64,000 bases of DNA, taken from assembly GCA_963796685.1 (NCBI GenBank), contig CAWCMR010000025.1, forward strand, positions 672,001 to 736,000, in the 5' to 3' direction. The position numbers and the translations under genes were made by a program. Source of the DNA: an uncultured delta proteobacterium. Lineage in GTDB: Bacteria > Myxococcota_A > Polyangia > Fen-1088. Within the stretch, counting starts at the first letter, position 1; every line of letters begins with the position of its first letter. Shown here in pieces: positions 10,034 to 19,869 of the stretch. The notes under the pieces were generated by a model, which saw nothing but the letters and a program-made list of their open reading frames with translations, did not search any database and was not told the DNA's origin.

Positions 10034-10965
10034 ATACGCTCCGCGAGGGCGCCGAGGAGTACCTGTCGCTGCGACGCCGTCTGGGCTACAAGCTCGACCG
10101 CTCGGGGCGGTTACTGCTGCAATTTGTGTCCTTCATGGAGCAGCGGAAGGCTCCGTTCATTACCAACGATCTGGTCGTCGAATGGGCCGTGCGGCCGACC
10201 AAGACCCAGCCCGTGTATTGGGCCAGCCGGCTATCGGCGGTCCGGCTCTTTGCACAGTATTGGCGCGCCACCGATTCTCGCACCGAGGTCCCTGCCCTCG
10301 GGCTCCTCCGGGCTCGGTATCAACGCAAGCGCCCCTACATATACAGCGAGGACGAGATCATGCGGCTGATGGATGCGGCGGCACGGCTCCCATCGCAGAC
10401 GGGGCTTCGTGCTCAGACCTACGTCACGCTGCTTGGCCTGCTCACCGTGGCCGGTCTGAGGATCAGCGAGGCGATCGCTCTCGACCGCGAGGATGTTGAC
10501 CTCGAAGGCGGGATCCTGACAATCCGCCGGACCAAATTCGGGAAGACCCGGCTGGTGCCCATTCATCGATCGACGAAACTGGCACTTTGCCGGTACGCAC
10601 GCTTCCGTGATCGCGTTCATCCAACACCACGGACGAGAAGCTTCTTCGTCGGCGAGACAGGTGCCCGGGTGGTGAAGAACACTGCAGAAGACACCTTCGT
10701 CCATCTGTCTCGCCGGATTGGGCTTCGTGGTCCTGAAGGTCGTCACGGTCATGGGCCGCGTCTGCATGACCTTCGGCATCGGTGGGCCGTGGACACCATG
10801 CTGCGCTGGTACCGGGCAGGAGTCGATGTGGAGCGGCACCTGCCGCAGCCGTCGACCTACCTCGGGCACACCCACGTCAGTGATACCTACTGGTACCTGA
10901 CCGCAGTGCCCGAGTTGATGAGCCTCGCCATGTCGCTCCTGGAGCGAGATAGGACGTCGCCGTGA
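10030..10965 (+). CDS. Tyrosine recombinase RitB (inner RIT)
   Basis: PYIYS, GLRISEA, TKFGKTRLVP, HDLRH, STYLGH...TYWYL; ATGA overlap. Confidence 0.93.
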   Translation: MNTLREGAEEYLSLRRRLGYKLDRSGRLLLQFVSFMEQRKAPFITNDLVVEWAVRPTKTQPVYWASRLSAVRLFAQYWRATDSRTEVPALGLLRARYQRKRPYIYSEDEIMRLMDAAARLPSQTGLRAQTYVTLLGLLTVAGLRISEAIALDREDVDLEGGILTIRRTKFGKTRLVPIHRSTKLALCRYARFRDRVHPTPRTRSFFVGETGARVVKNTAEDTFVHLSRRIGLRGPEGRHGHGPRLHDLRHRWAVDTMLRWYRAGVDVERHLPQPSTYLGHTHVSDTYWYLTAVPELMSLAMSLLERDRTSP

Positions 10966-11960
10966 AGCCCTCCCACGGATTCCCTGCGCTGCTTGAGTCC
11001 TTCTTCGTGGACCATCTCCTGCGCCAGCGTCAAGCAAGTCCACATACAGTGCAGAGCTATCGCGATACCTTCCGCCTACTGCTGGCCTTCACGAAGCAGC
11101 ACCTGAAGAAGACTCCCTCGGCGCTCGCACTGGACGACCTCGACACACCAACGATTGGCGCGTTCCTGGATCACATCGAGAAGGACCGCGGCAACTCTCC
11201 GCGCACCCGCAACGCCAGGCTCGCGGCGATCCACTCCTTCTTCCAGTACGCCGCCCTCCAGGCGCCCGACTACAGCGCCGTCATCCAGAGGGTTCTGGCC
11301 ATGCAGGGCAAGAAATACGATCGCGAGCTCGTCCACTTCCTGTCCCGGCCCGAGATCGACGCACTCCTCGAAGCTCCCGACAAGGCCACATGGTCCGGCC
11401 GGCGCGATCGCGCCATGCTCCTTGTGGCCGTTCAGACCGGGCTGCGCGTATCCGAGCTGGCCGCGCTCAACGTGCAGGACGTGGTCCTCGGACCCGGCGC
11501 GTACGTTCACTGCCTCGGCAAGGGCCGCAAGGAACGTTGCACGCCCCTGCGCAAAGAGGCCGTCTCGGTCCTCCGGGCGTGGCTGCGCGAACGTGCCGCC
11601 ACCGGGACCGAGCCCCTCTTCCCCAACGCGCGGGGCGGTTTCCTCAGTCGCGACGGCGTCGAGTACCTGCTCGCGAAACACGTGCAGGTCGCTCGGATCC
11701 GCTGCCCCTCGCTGAGGGAGAAGCATGTGTCTCCGCACGTGCTGCGCCACTCGACGGCAATGGATCTCCTTCAAGCCGGTGTCGACAGCTCGGTGATCGC
11801 GCTCTGGCTTGGTCACGAGTCGGTCGAGACCACGCAGATCTACTTCGCTGCCAGTCTCCAGCTCAAAGAGCGAGCGCTGGCCAAGACAGCACCCTCGGCA
11901 GCGCGACCTGCTCGCTTCCACCCCGACGACAAGCTCCTCGCCTTCCTACAGAGCCTTTGA
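10962..11960 (+). CDS. Tyrosine recombinase RitC (inner RIT)
   Basis: SYRDTFRLLL, TRNARLAAI, GKGRKER, SPHVLRHS, LWLGHES..TTQIY; GTGA overlap. Confidence 0.93.
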   Translation: MKPSHGFPALLESFFVDHLLRQRQASPHTVQSYRDTFRLLLAFTKQHLKKTPSALALDDLDTPTIGAFLDHIEKDRGNSPRTRNARLAAIHSFFQYAALQAPDYSAVIQRVLAMQGKKYDRELVHFLSRPEIDALLEAPDKATWSGRRDRAMLLVAVQTGLRVSELAALNVQDVVLGPGAYVHCLGKGRKERCTPLRKEAVSVLRAWLRERAATGTEPLFPNARGGFLSRDGVEYLLAKHVQVARIRCPSLREKHVSPHVLRHSTAMDLLQAGVDSSVIALWLGHESVETTQIYFAASLQLKERALAKTAPSAARPARFHPDDKLLAFLQSL

Positions 11961-12025
11961 TTATGCCGAGTCGCGCACGTAAGCGAACCCGAAGTCCCCG
12001 TGATTCCTGCATGCAATGGCGGGCA

Positions 12026-12085
12026 ACTCGGCATAACCGGGGACTCGGCATAATGCCGCTTATGCCGAGCACGGCATAAGCGGCA
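12026..12085. repeat. Inner RIT right inverted repeat plus adjacent 32 bp palindrome
   Basis: Inverted repeat at 12026-12058; tgccgcttatgccg-agca-cggcataagcggca at 12054-12085. Confidence 0.93.
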
Positions 12086-12173
12086 CACATGCGCGTTGGA
12101 CACGCTCCGGGCCACCGGGGATCTCCGCAAGGTGTCGCTCTGGCTCGGACACACGAGCCAGTCGACCACCGAG
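12081..12173 (+). pseudogene. C-terminal remnant of a RitC-type recombinase (outer RIT)
   Basis: Reads RHTCALDTLRATGDLRKVSLWLGHTSQSTTE and breaks off before the catalytic Tyr. Confidence 0.85.
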
Positions 12174-12373
12174 AAGTTCTCAGGAACAGATAGGGAAATG
12201 AACGTCTTCTCGATTGCCGCCTCCCTCTTTGACGGCACAACGGCCTATATCTGGCTCTCCTGACATCTTCGTAAAGGGAGATCTCGTAGGTGCGACGCAC
12301 GTCGTCGACGGAGATGTGGGCGGCATGAGTTTCGGGTGAGGTGGAGACGAAGTGCGCACGGGCACCTGGGGGT

Positions 12374-12433
12374 GCCCGTGTATAGGGGATAGATCGAGGA
12401 GGCTGACGTGTGGGTCTTTGTAGTTGACGTAAG
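12374..12433 (+). repeat. ~60 bp direct repeat, copy 1
   Basis: 35 bp core gaggctgacgtgtgggtctttgtagttgacgtaag identical to 13620-13654. Confidence 0.92.
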
Positions 12434-12502
12434 AAATAGCGATTTGCGGGAGTCGAGCGGAGCCGGAGGCGGAGCTTGCATTCCCGCAAACATGAGTTGG
12501 AC
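12434..12502 (+). other. Imperfect hairpin with partial attC-like layout
   Basis: tttgcggga...tcccgcaaa arms, 5 nt spacer, then GTTGGAC (GTTRRRY); the left core reads AAT rather than AAC. Confidence 0.35.
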
Positions 12503-12746
12503 GGAGCCGCTTGCACGGCAGCTTGGCGGCTATGCGCCTATGCAATCGTCGTCCGGCTGCTGCGCCTGCGAGCAAAGCCGACGGTGACTTTTGAGAGGAT
12601 GCCGGACAAGGCAGTGAGCAAGATCTTGGTTGCGAAGATGGTGTAAATCGTCGGGACGCCACTGGTTGCACCAAGCACTGGCAGATGCGGACAGACGGGT
12701 GGCCACGACGTCACGAAGACGGGAGAGATCGTGCTGTTCAGGACGG

Positions 12747-13595
12747 TCATGCAGTACCAGCCTTGCGTGGGGGAGCGCGAGTTGGCGGTAGTAGTTGACG
12801 GACTATTGTGCGTTGCTGACAGCGAGGGCAGAGCAGGACATCTTTTCCCGTGAGCGCAAGCAGCAACTCTGGCCAGGGAAGATTTGGATCGACCCCGCCG
12901 ACGGATGCAAGACCGTCACCATCATCGTAGCCATCATGCTGAGCGTCGGCAGATGCGGTGGCGGGCACGAGGTCGGCAGCGTGCTTCAGCCTGGTGTTGA
13001 CGTTGCCGGAGGCCATGAGTCCGAAGTGGCGAATCTTTACGAATTGGTTGGGTAGGATGTGTTGAAGAAATCTCCCGATGAATTCGGTCGGCGACAATGA
13101 GGTGGTGTCGCTGCCGTGGGTACGGAAGACGACCGCCTGGTCGTCCACGCTGACCAGGCGAGCGTTGCTGATGGCCACGCGATGCGTATACCTGCCGAGA
13201 TAGCGAAACACTTGCTCGGGACCACCGAAGGGGCGCTTGGCGTAGACGACCCAGCTTGTCTTGTACAGGCGCTGCCTGCGGCGACGGGCAGCACGGTCTG
13301 GGACATCGTCGTGCAACTCGCCTTTGTCGAGCAGCTGTTGCAGGCCGGCCATGAACTTGCCCCGAAAGAGAGCGCCCACGACATGGACGGGAAATAGAAA
13401 GTCGCGTGGCGCCGGTACCCACTAGCTCTGGTCGCGCGCAAGACCGCCGCCGGTGACGATACAATGGACATGGGGATGAAACAGGAGGGCGAAGATCTTG
13501 GCTCTGTTGTTGCGGGCGAGACTGTGCAACTCGCTGGGAATGGTGAAGACGATGTGGAAGTAGTGGACTGGCAAGATGCGCTCAAGGCGACCCTC
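12747..13595 (-). pseudogene. IS91-family (IS801/IS1294-like) Y2 transposase, decayed
   Basis: ILPVHYFHIVFTIP, HPHVHCIVTGGG (HUH), WVVYAKRPF, RYLGRYTHRVAISN, KIRHFG; in-frame TAG at 13422-13424, internal deletion, 5' end cut by the 60 bp repeat. Confidence 0.92.
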
Positions 13596-13654
13596 GCCCG
13601 GGTATAGGGATAGATCGAAGAGGCTGACGTGTGGGTCTTTGTAGTTGACGTAAG
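13596..13654 (+). repeat. ~60 bp direct repeat, copy 2
   Basis: Matches 12374-12433 with about three differences in the first 25 nt. Confidence 0.92.
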
Positions 13655-13840
13655 CTTCTTACCGGACATTTACTCCGGATGCGTTTCGGTGAAGGAAAGA
13701 GAGGCGCTCAAAACAACTACGCTCATCCGAGCACGAGGCTGCTATCCCGCCCAACACGCCCGGACGGCTATTGTACCGATTACAAGCTTCTGCGGCGGCT
13801 CTACTTCAAGCACCGCAGCGGCGGCAGCTGGCGAGGACAC

Positions 13841-14797
13841 GGCCTGCCATCGTCCCGAGGACTGCTGCTCGTACCTTTGTCAGCAGGACGGCAGCGGACA
13901 ACTTTCCTGTGCCTCGGACCTGGGCTGCGCCAGCTCGGCGATGCCGTGTGGTCGCGCGGCGGCATGCTGTGACCTCGCGTGTGGCGGCACGGGGACGTGC
14001 GACGGGCCGATCTGCGCCCAAAGCGGCGCGGCCTGCACCGTGGCCAGCGATTGCTGTGGCGGACGCTGCAACGCCGGCAAGTGCGCGGCGCCCGGGCCAG
14101 GCTGCCATGTGGCGGGCGAAACCTGTGCCGGCGGGGATGAGTGTTGTGGCGGCCAATGTGGGTCGGTCCTCGATGGCGTCACTTCTCTTGACCGGTTGTC
14201 GGGGGCCGGCGAGACCTGTGGTAACGCCACCGATTGCTGCTCGGGATTGTGCCAAGTGGGCGCCGATGGTGCGGCCAACTGCAAGGCCCTCCCTGGTTGC
14301 AAAATCATCTCAGAGCGATGCGCGACGGCCAAGGACTGCTGTTCCGGTGTGTGCGGAACGGACGGGCGCTGCCAGGGCGCCGGCGGATGTTTTCCAAAGG
14401 ACGAACGCTGCCAATCCAACGACGATTGCTGCTCGGGTGCCTGCCACACCGTCCCTGAAGGCGTTCTTCGCTGCGCGGACGTCCCGGGTTGCAAGGCCGC
14501 CGGGGTATCGTGCAAGAAATCCGCCGAGTGCTGCGATGCCGCTGCCGTGTGCAATGGCGACGGGCGTTGCCAAGTGACCAGCGTCTGTCGAGCCGGAGAG
14601 CGACCGTGCTCCCTGCCCGCCGATTGTTGCTCGGGCGTGTGCACGCCCAGCCTCACGGGCAAGCTGGCCTGCCGCGAGTCATGCGCCCCCGCGGGCGCCC
14701 CGTGTACGGGCGCGTCCGACTGCTGCACGGGAAGCTGCGGCGGCTTTCCCGCGCGCTGCCTGCCGGTTCCGTAGCGATTCTAGGTGGCAGCCAATCT
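13841..14797 (+). pseudogene. Copy 2 of the direct repeat: 5'-truncated Cys-rich gene (stop 14774) running into the malQ 3' end
   Basis: No signal peptide; 8 bp and 1 bp deletions near 14181 and 14203 relative to copy 1. Confidence 0.88.
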
Positions 14798-16375
14798 CCG
14801 CGATTCCGCCGAGAGGCGGAACAGCCGCTCGCTCGTCGCCCGATCGGCGCACAGGGTGTCCACATCCATCGGCATGCGATAGGTCCAGTTGTGCTCGTTC
14901 ACCGAGCCGGGCACGTTGACCTGCTCGCGCGTGCCGAGCAAATCCTGGAGCGGTACCAGGCACAGATCCGACGCTGCCCCGAAGAGCACACGCAGAAGAG
15001 CATCGCGAACGCCATCGTCGAAGCCACGGTTCACGTCGAGGCCTTCGAGGCCCGGAATACGCGCGAGGTAGCCGCGATGCTCGGGCGAGAGACCGTCATA
15101 CCACACCGCCTGCGTTTCGGTGTCGTGGGTGCCCGAAGTCGCCACGGAGATCTCCGGCCACTTGGCGGGATCGCGAAAGAACTGTTGCATGTGTCCGTCG
15201 CGCCACAGGTCCTCCTTCTCCCAACGCAACACCCGGTAACCGGGCAAGCGCAGGCGCGCCAGCGAGGGACGCAGGAATTCCGGCACCATGCCGAGGTCCT
15301 CGGCGATGACCTCGCCGTACTCGTCCATGATGGCAAGCAGGGTTTCGCCCAGGCGAATCTGCGCATCTTCGTCGGAGGGCGAGAATCCGGACTTCTTGCC
15401 GTCGGCCGAGCGATAGTAGGTGCGGTACATGCCGATGACGTGGTCCACACGGTACAGGCCAAACAGACGGCCATTGCGCTCGGCACGCCTGCGCATCCAT
15501 TCGAAGTCGGTCCGCTCCATGGCGCGCCAGTCGAAAAGGGGCAGCCCCCAATCCTGGCCTTCGGCGCACAGGGCGTCCGGCGGTGCGCCCACGCGCAGTC
15601 CAGGGCGAAACAGCTTACGCTGTTTCCACACGTCGGCCGAATCCTCGGCCACGACGAAAGGCAGATCGCCCATCAAGTCCACGCCCAGCGCCGCGGCCTC
15701 GGCACGCGCCGCCCGCCACTGCTCGTCGAGCTGCCACTGCTGCCAGGTGACGAAAAGGATCTCCTGGGCGTGTTCCTTCACCGCGCGGGCCAGGGCGGCC
15801 GGGCGGCGATCCGCGAGACCATCGGGCCACTTGCGCCAGTGCCTGGCGAACTGGTCATGCAAGACCGCGAACAAGGCGTAGTCCTCGAGCCAGTCGCGGT
15901 TCTCTTCGTGGAATCGGGTCAGCTGCCGCGCGCGCTTGCTCCGTCGGCGCCAGTCGTGGTTGCGAAACCGGGCGAACGCCAGGCGCATCCCGCGTTCCTT
16001 GAGCGGCCGCAATCGGTTCCACGGCACGCTCGGCGCGGCGGAGACGTCCCCGAGCAGCCTACGATCCGCGTCCGACAACGCATCGCGCCCTCCGGCGGCC
16101 ACAAAATCCTCGCAGGCGTCCAGGCCGAGGTACACGGGATCGATCGCGAAGGCCGTCGAAGCCGAGTAGGGGCTGGTCTCGCCGCCGCTGACCGCGCACA
16201 CCGGCAGCATCTGGATCACGCGAATCCCGGCCTGTGCCGCCCACTTGGCCATGGCCGCCACATCAGGGATCTCGCCCAGCCCCCATCCCGCCTTCGTGCG
16301 CACCGAAAAAAGCGGGATCAGCACGCCGGCGCGTCGCCGTCGCAGTCGCGGTCTTGGCCTGTTCTTGTCAGGCAT
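14780..16375 (-). CDS. malQ: 4-alpha-glucanotransferase (GH77)
   Basis: AGVLIPLFS, SPYS, LMGDLPF, GAPPD...GQDWGLP, YRVDHVIG, IAEDLG, SGTHDT, VNVPG...NW. Confidence 0.95.
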   Translation of the reverse strand: MPDKNRPRPRLRRRRAGVLIPLFSVRTKAGWGLGEIPDVAAMAKWAAQAGIRVIQMLPVCAVSGGETSPYSASTAFAIDPVYLGLDACEDFVAAGGRDALSDADRRLLGDVSAAPSVPWNRLRPLKERGMRLAFARFRNHDWRRRSKRARQLTRFHEENRDWLEDYALFAVLHDQFARHWRKWPDGLADRRPAALARAVKEHAQEILFVTWQQWQLDEQWRAARAEAAALGVDLMGDLPFVVAEDSADVWKQRKLFRPGLRVGAPPDALCAEGQDWGLPLFDWRAMERTDFEWMRRRAERNGRLFGLYRVDHVIGMYRTYYRSADGKKSGFSPSDEDAQIRLGETLLAIMDEYGEVIAEDLGMVPEFLRPSLARLRLPGYRVLRWEKEDLWRDGHMQQFFRDPAKWPEISVATSGTHDTETQAVWYDGLSPEHRGYLARIPGLEGLDVNRGFDDGVRDALLRVLFGAASDLCLVPLQDLLGTREQVNVPGSVNEHNWTYRMPMDVDTLCADRATSERLFRLSAESRRLAAT

Positions 16376-16414
16376 CGAATACCAGTTCGGTTATGATACG
16401 GCGTCTTGTCACCC

Positions 16415-17401
<987 letters not shown>

Positions 17402-17410
17402 GATGGAAGC

Positions 17411-18367
17411 ATGAGCGAGATCGTCCTGCGCGCCGACGAGCTGGCCAAGACGTTCCATCTGGGCTTCTTCCGCAAACGCGTCGAAGCGGTGAAGCATGCC
17501 ACGTTCGACGTTCGGCGTGGCGAGGTGTTCGGCTATCTCGGACCCAATGGCTCGGGCAAGACCACGACGCTGAAGATGCTGATGGGTTTGGTCTTCCCGA
17601 CGCGCGGACACGCCGAGGTGCTGGGCCGGGCCGTGCCGAATCGCGAGGCCAAGCGTCGCCTCGGTTACTTGCCCGAGAGCCCCTATTTCTACGAGTACCT
17701 CTCGCCCGAGGAGTTCCTGGATCTCGTGGGCTCGCTGTGCGACGTGCCCCGCGCCGAGCGGCGGGCGCGTGCCCGCCGGCTCATCACCCGGGTGGGGTTG
17801 GACCACGCGCGCGGCCGGCCCCTGCGCAAGTTCTCCAAGGGCATGCTCCAGCGCATCGGCATCGCGCAGGCCCTGATGGGCGACCCCGAGCTGGTGGTCC
17901 TCGACGAGCCCATGACCGGGCTCGATCCCATCGGGCGCAAGGAGATCCGCGACCTCATGCTCGAGCTCAAGCGCGAGGGACGCACCGTACTATACTCGAC
18001 GCACATTCTGCCTGACGTGGAGATGACCTGCGATCGGGTGGCCATGATCTTCGCGGGCAGCATTCGCAACGTGGGGCCGCTTTCCGAGCTGCTCACCGCG
18101 CGTCTGCTGTCCACCGAGGTTTGCCTGCGCCACGACGTGGGCGAGATTCCCTCCCTACCCGAGGGCGCCAAGGTTCGCCGTACCCCGGACGGCATGCTGG
18201 TGGACCTGCCCGAGGGCGCGGATGTGGACGCCTTCCTGCGCGCGGCCCTCGGCGCCAAGGCCAGCGTCATTTCCGTCACGCCACGGCGCGAATCGCTGGA
18301 GGATCTCTTCGTGCGCGAGGCCGGCCAGACGGAATCCACGGGCACCTCGCAAAAGGGGGCGGCATGA
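17411..18367 (+). CDS. ABC transporter ATP-binding protein (myxobacterial PilH-like)
   Basis: GPNGSGKTT, FSKGMLQR, VVLDEP, STH. Confidence 0.92.
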   Translation: MSEIVLRADELAKTFHLGFFRKRVEAVKHATFDVRRGEVFGYLGPNGSGKTTTLKMLMGLVFPTRGHAEVLGRAVPNREAKRRLGYLPESPYFYEYLSPEEFLDLVGSLCDVPRAERRARARRLITRVGLDHARGRPLRKFSKGMLQRIGIAQALMGDPELVVLDEPMTGLDPIGRKEIRDLMLELKREGRTVLYSTHILPDVEMTCDRVAMIFAGSIRNVGPLSELLTARLLSTEVCLRHDVGEIPSLPEGAKVRRTPDGMLVDLPEGADVDAFLRAALGAKASVISVTPRRESLEDLFVREAGQTESTGTSQKGAA

Positions 18368-19149
18368 ATCGCATCACCGCCATCGCCTGGAACACCTTTC
18401 GCGAGGCCGTGCGCAACAAGATCCTCTACAGCCTGCTCTTCTTCGCCGTGCTGATCATCCTATCGGCACTGGCCATCGGCAACCTCACCCTGCATGAAGA
18501 GGTCCGCACCGTCCGCGACGTCGGCTTGTTCGGCATCGACATCTTCGGCGTCATCATCGCCATCTTCGTGGGCGTGAACCTGCTCTACAAAGAGCTCGAC
18601 CTCAAGACCGTGTACACCATCCTGCCCAAGCCGCTGTGGCGCTGGGAGTTCGTGCTCGGCAAGTGGCTGGGCATGCTGCTGACCTTGGCCGTGCAGATGG
18701 CGGTGATGGGCGCGGTGTTGGCCCTGGTGCTGGCCAGCCAGGACGCGCACTTCGACGTGCCCATGGTCAAGGCGGTGTGGTTGCTCTTCGTCAACGTGAT
18801 GCTGGTGACCTCCATCGCCGTGTTCTTCTCGGCCTTCTCCAGCCCGTTCTTGTCCGGGTTCTTCGCCCTCGGCTGTTTCGTGGTCGGTCGCTCGGTCCCC
18901 GACATCCGCGCCCTCGGCGAAAAGATGGGACCAGGCGCCAAGGCCACCCTCGATCTCTTCTGCAACCTGGTGCCGAATCTGCATCTCTTCTATCCCTCTG
19001 GCGCCATCGTCGGCGCCGAGGAGCTCTCCGTGCACCGCCAATTCGTGGGCGCCGACTACATCCTCTCGGCCACGGGCTACGGAATCGCCTACTCGCTGGT
19101 CGTGCTCGTGCTGGCCATGCTGATCTTCCGCAAGCGGGATTTCGTGTAA
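18364..19149 (+). CDS. ABC-2 type permease (PilI-like)
   Basis: IAWNTFREAVRNKILY, about six TM helices, FRKRDF C-terminus; ATGA overlap. Confidence 0.9.
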   Translation: MNRITAIAWNTFREAVRNKILYSLLFFAVLIILSALAIGNLTLHEEVRTVRDVGLFGIDIFGVIIAIFVGVNLLYKELDLKTVYTILPKPLWRWEFVLGKWLGMLLTLAVQMAVMGAVLALVLASQDAHFDVPMVKAVWLLFVNVMLVTSIAVFFSAFSSPFLSGFFALGCFVVGRSVPDIRALGEKMGPGAKATLDLFCNLVPNLHLFYPSGAIVGAEELSVHRQFVGADYILSATGYGIAYSLVVLVLAMLIFRKRDFV

Positions 19150-19793
19150 TGCGAGGGATCCGGCGCCAGGTGGTCATCGTCCTCCTGGGCCTCGCCGCGG
19201 CCCTGGCGGTGATCGTCGTGCGCCTTCTCCTCGACGCGCGTAGCGCCTATCGCAACGGCGTCGCGGCGGAAGAGCGCGGCGAAACCAGCGAGGCCATCCG
19301 CTGCTTCCTCGAGGCGGGGCGCCTGTACGTGCCCGGCAGCCCCTTTACCCGCAACGCGCTCGACCGACTGGACGCTATCGGAGTTTCCCAGGTCACCAAG
19401 GGCGACTACGCCACCGCGCGCGCGGCCTTCGAGGCGGAACGCGCCGCCCTGCTCGGCACGCGCTCGTTCTACACGCCCTACGCCGAACGCCTGCCCAATC
19501 TCGAACGTCGGCTATCGCGCTTGTTGGCGGCAGCGGAAGATCGCGCCTCGATGGCAACCTTCGAGGAGCGCGCCAAGTGGCACGCCGAGCGGCTCGCCGA
19601 GCGACCACGACCGAAAACCTCCATGGTTTTGCTCGCCTTACTCGGCCTTTCCCTGTGGGTGGCATCGGCGGTGACGTTCTTTCGCAAGGGTGTGGACATG
19701 AATCTTGTGCTCAAGCGGACACCTGCCATGCTTGCAGGCGCGGGATTCCTGGTCGGATTGGCACTCTTCTTGATTTGCCTTCGCCTGGCATAG
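19149..19793 (+). CDS. Hypothetical membrane protein with TPR-like middle
   Basis: TAATG coupling; one N-terminal and two C-terminal hydrophobic helices. Confidence 0.75.
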   Translation: MRGIRRQVVIVLLGLAAALAVIVVRLLLDARSAYRNGVAAEERGETSEAIRCFLEAGRLYVPGSPFTRNALDRLDAIGVSQVTKGDYATARAAFEAERAALLGTRSFYTPYAERLPNLERRLSRLLAAAEDRASMATFEERAKWHAERLAERPRPKTSMVLLALLGLSLWVASAVTFFRKGVDMNLVLKRTPAMLAGAGFLVGLALFLICLRLA

Positions 19794-19869
19794 CGAGGTG
19801 GATTTCGGGTACAGTCGATGCTTGCGCTCCGGCAAGGAGTGCTAAGAATAAATCCTTAGGCTAATTGCG

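Larger units (their letters stand above)
8655..12085 (+). mobile_element. Apparently intact RIT (recombinase-in-trio) element
   Basis: Three overlapping tyrosine recombinase genes between perfect 33 bp inverted repeats, plus a terminal palindrome. Confidence 0.93.

Noticed and set aside
13629-13840. N-terminus of the 381 aa ORF as a genuine Cys-rich gene start
   Set aside because: It begins inside the 60 bp repeat, lacks a signal peptide and has no similarity to copy 1.
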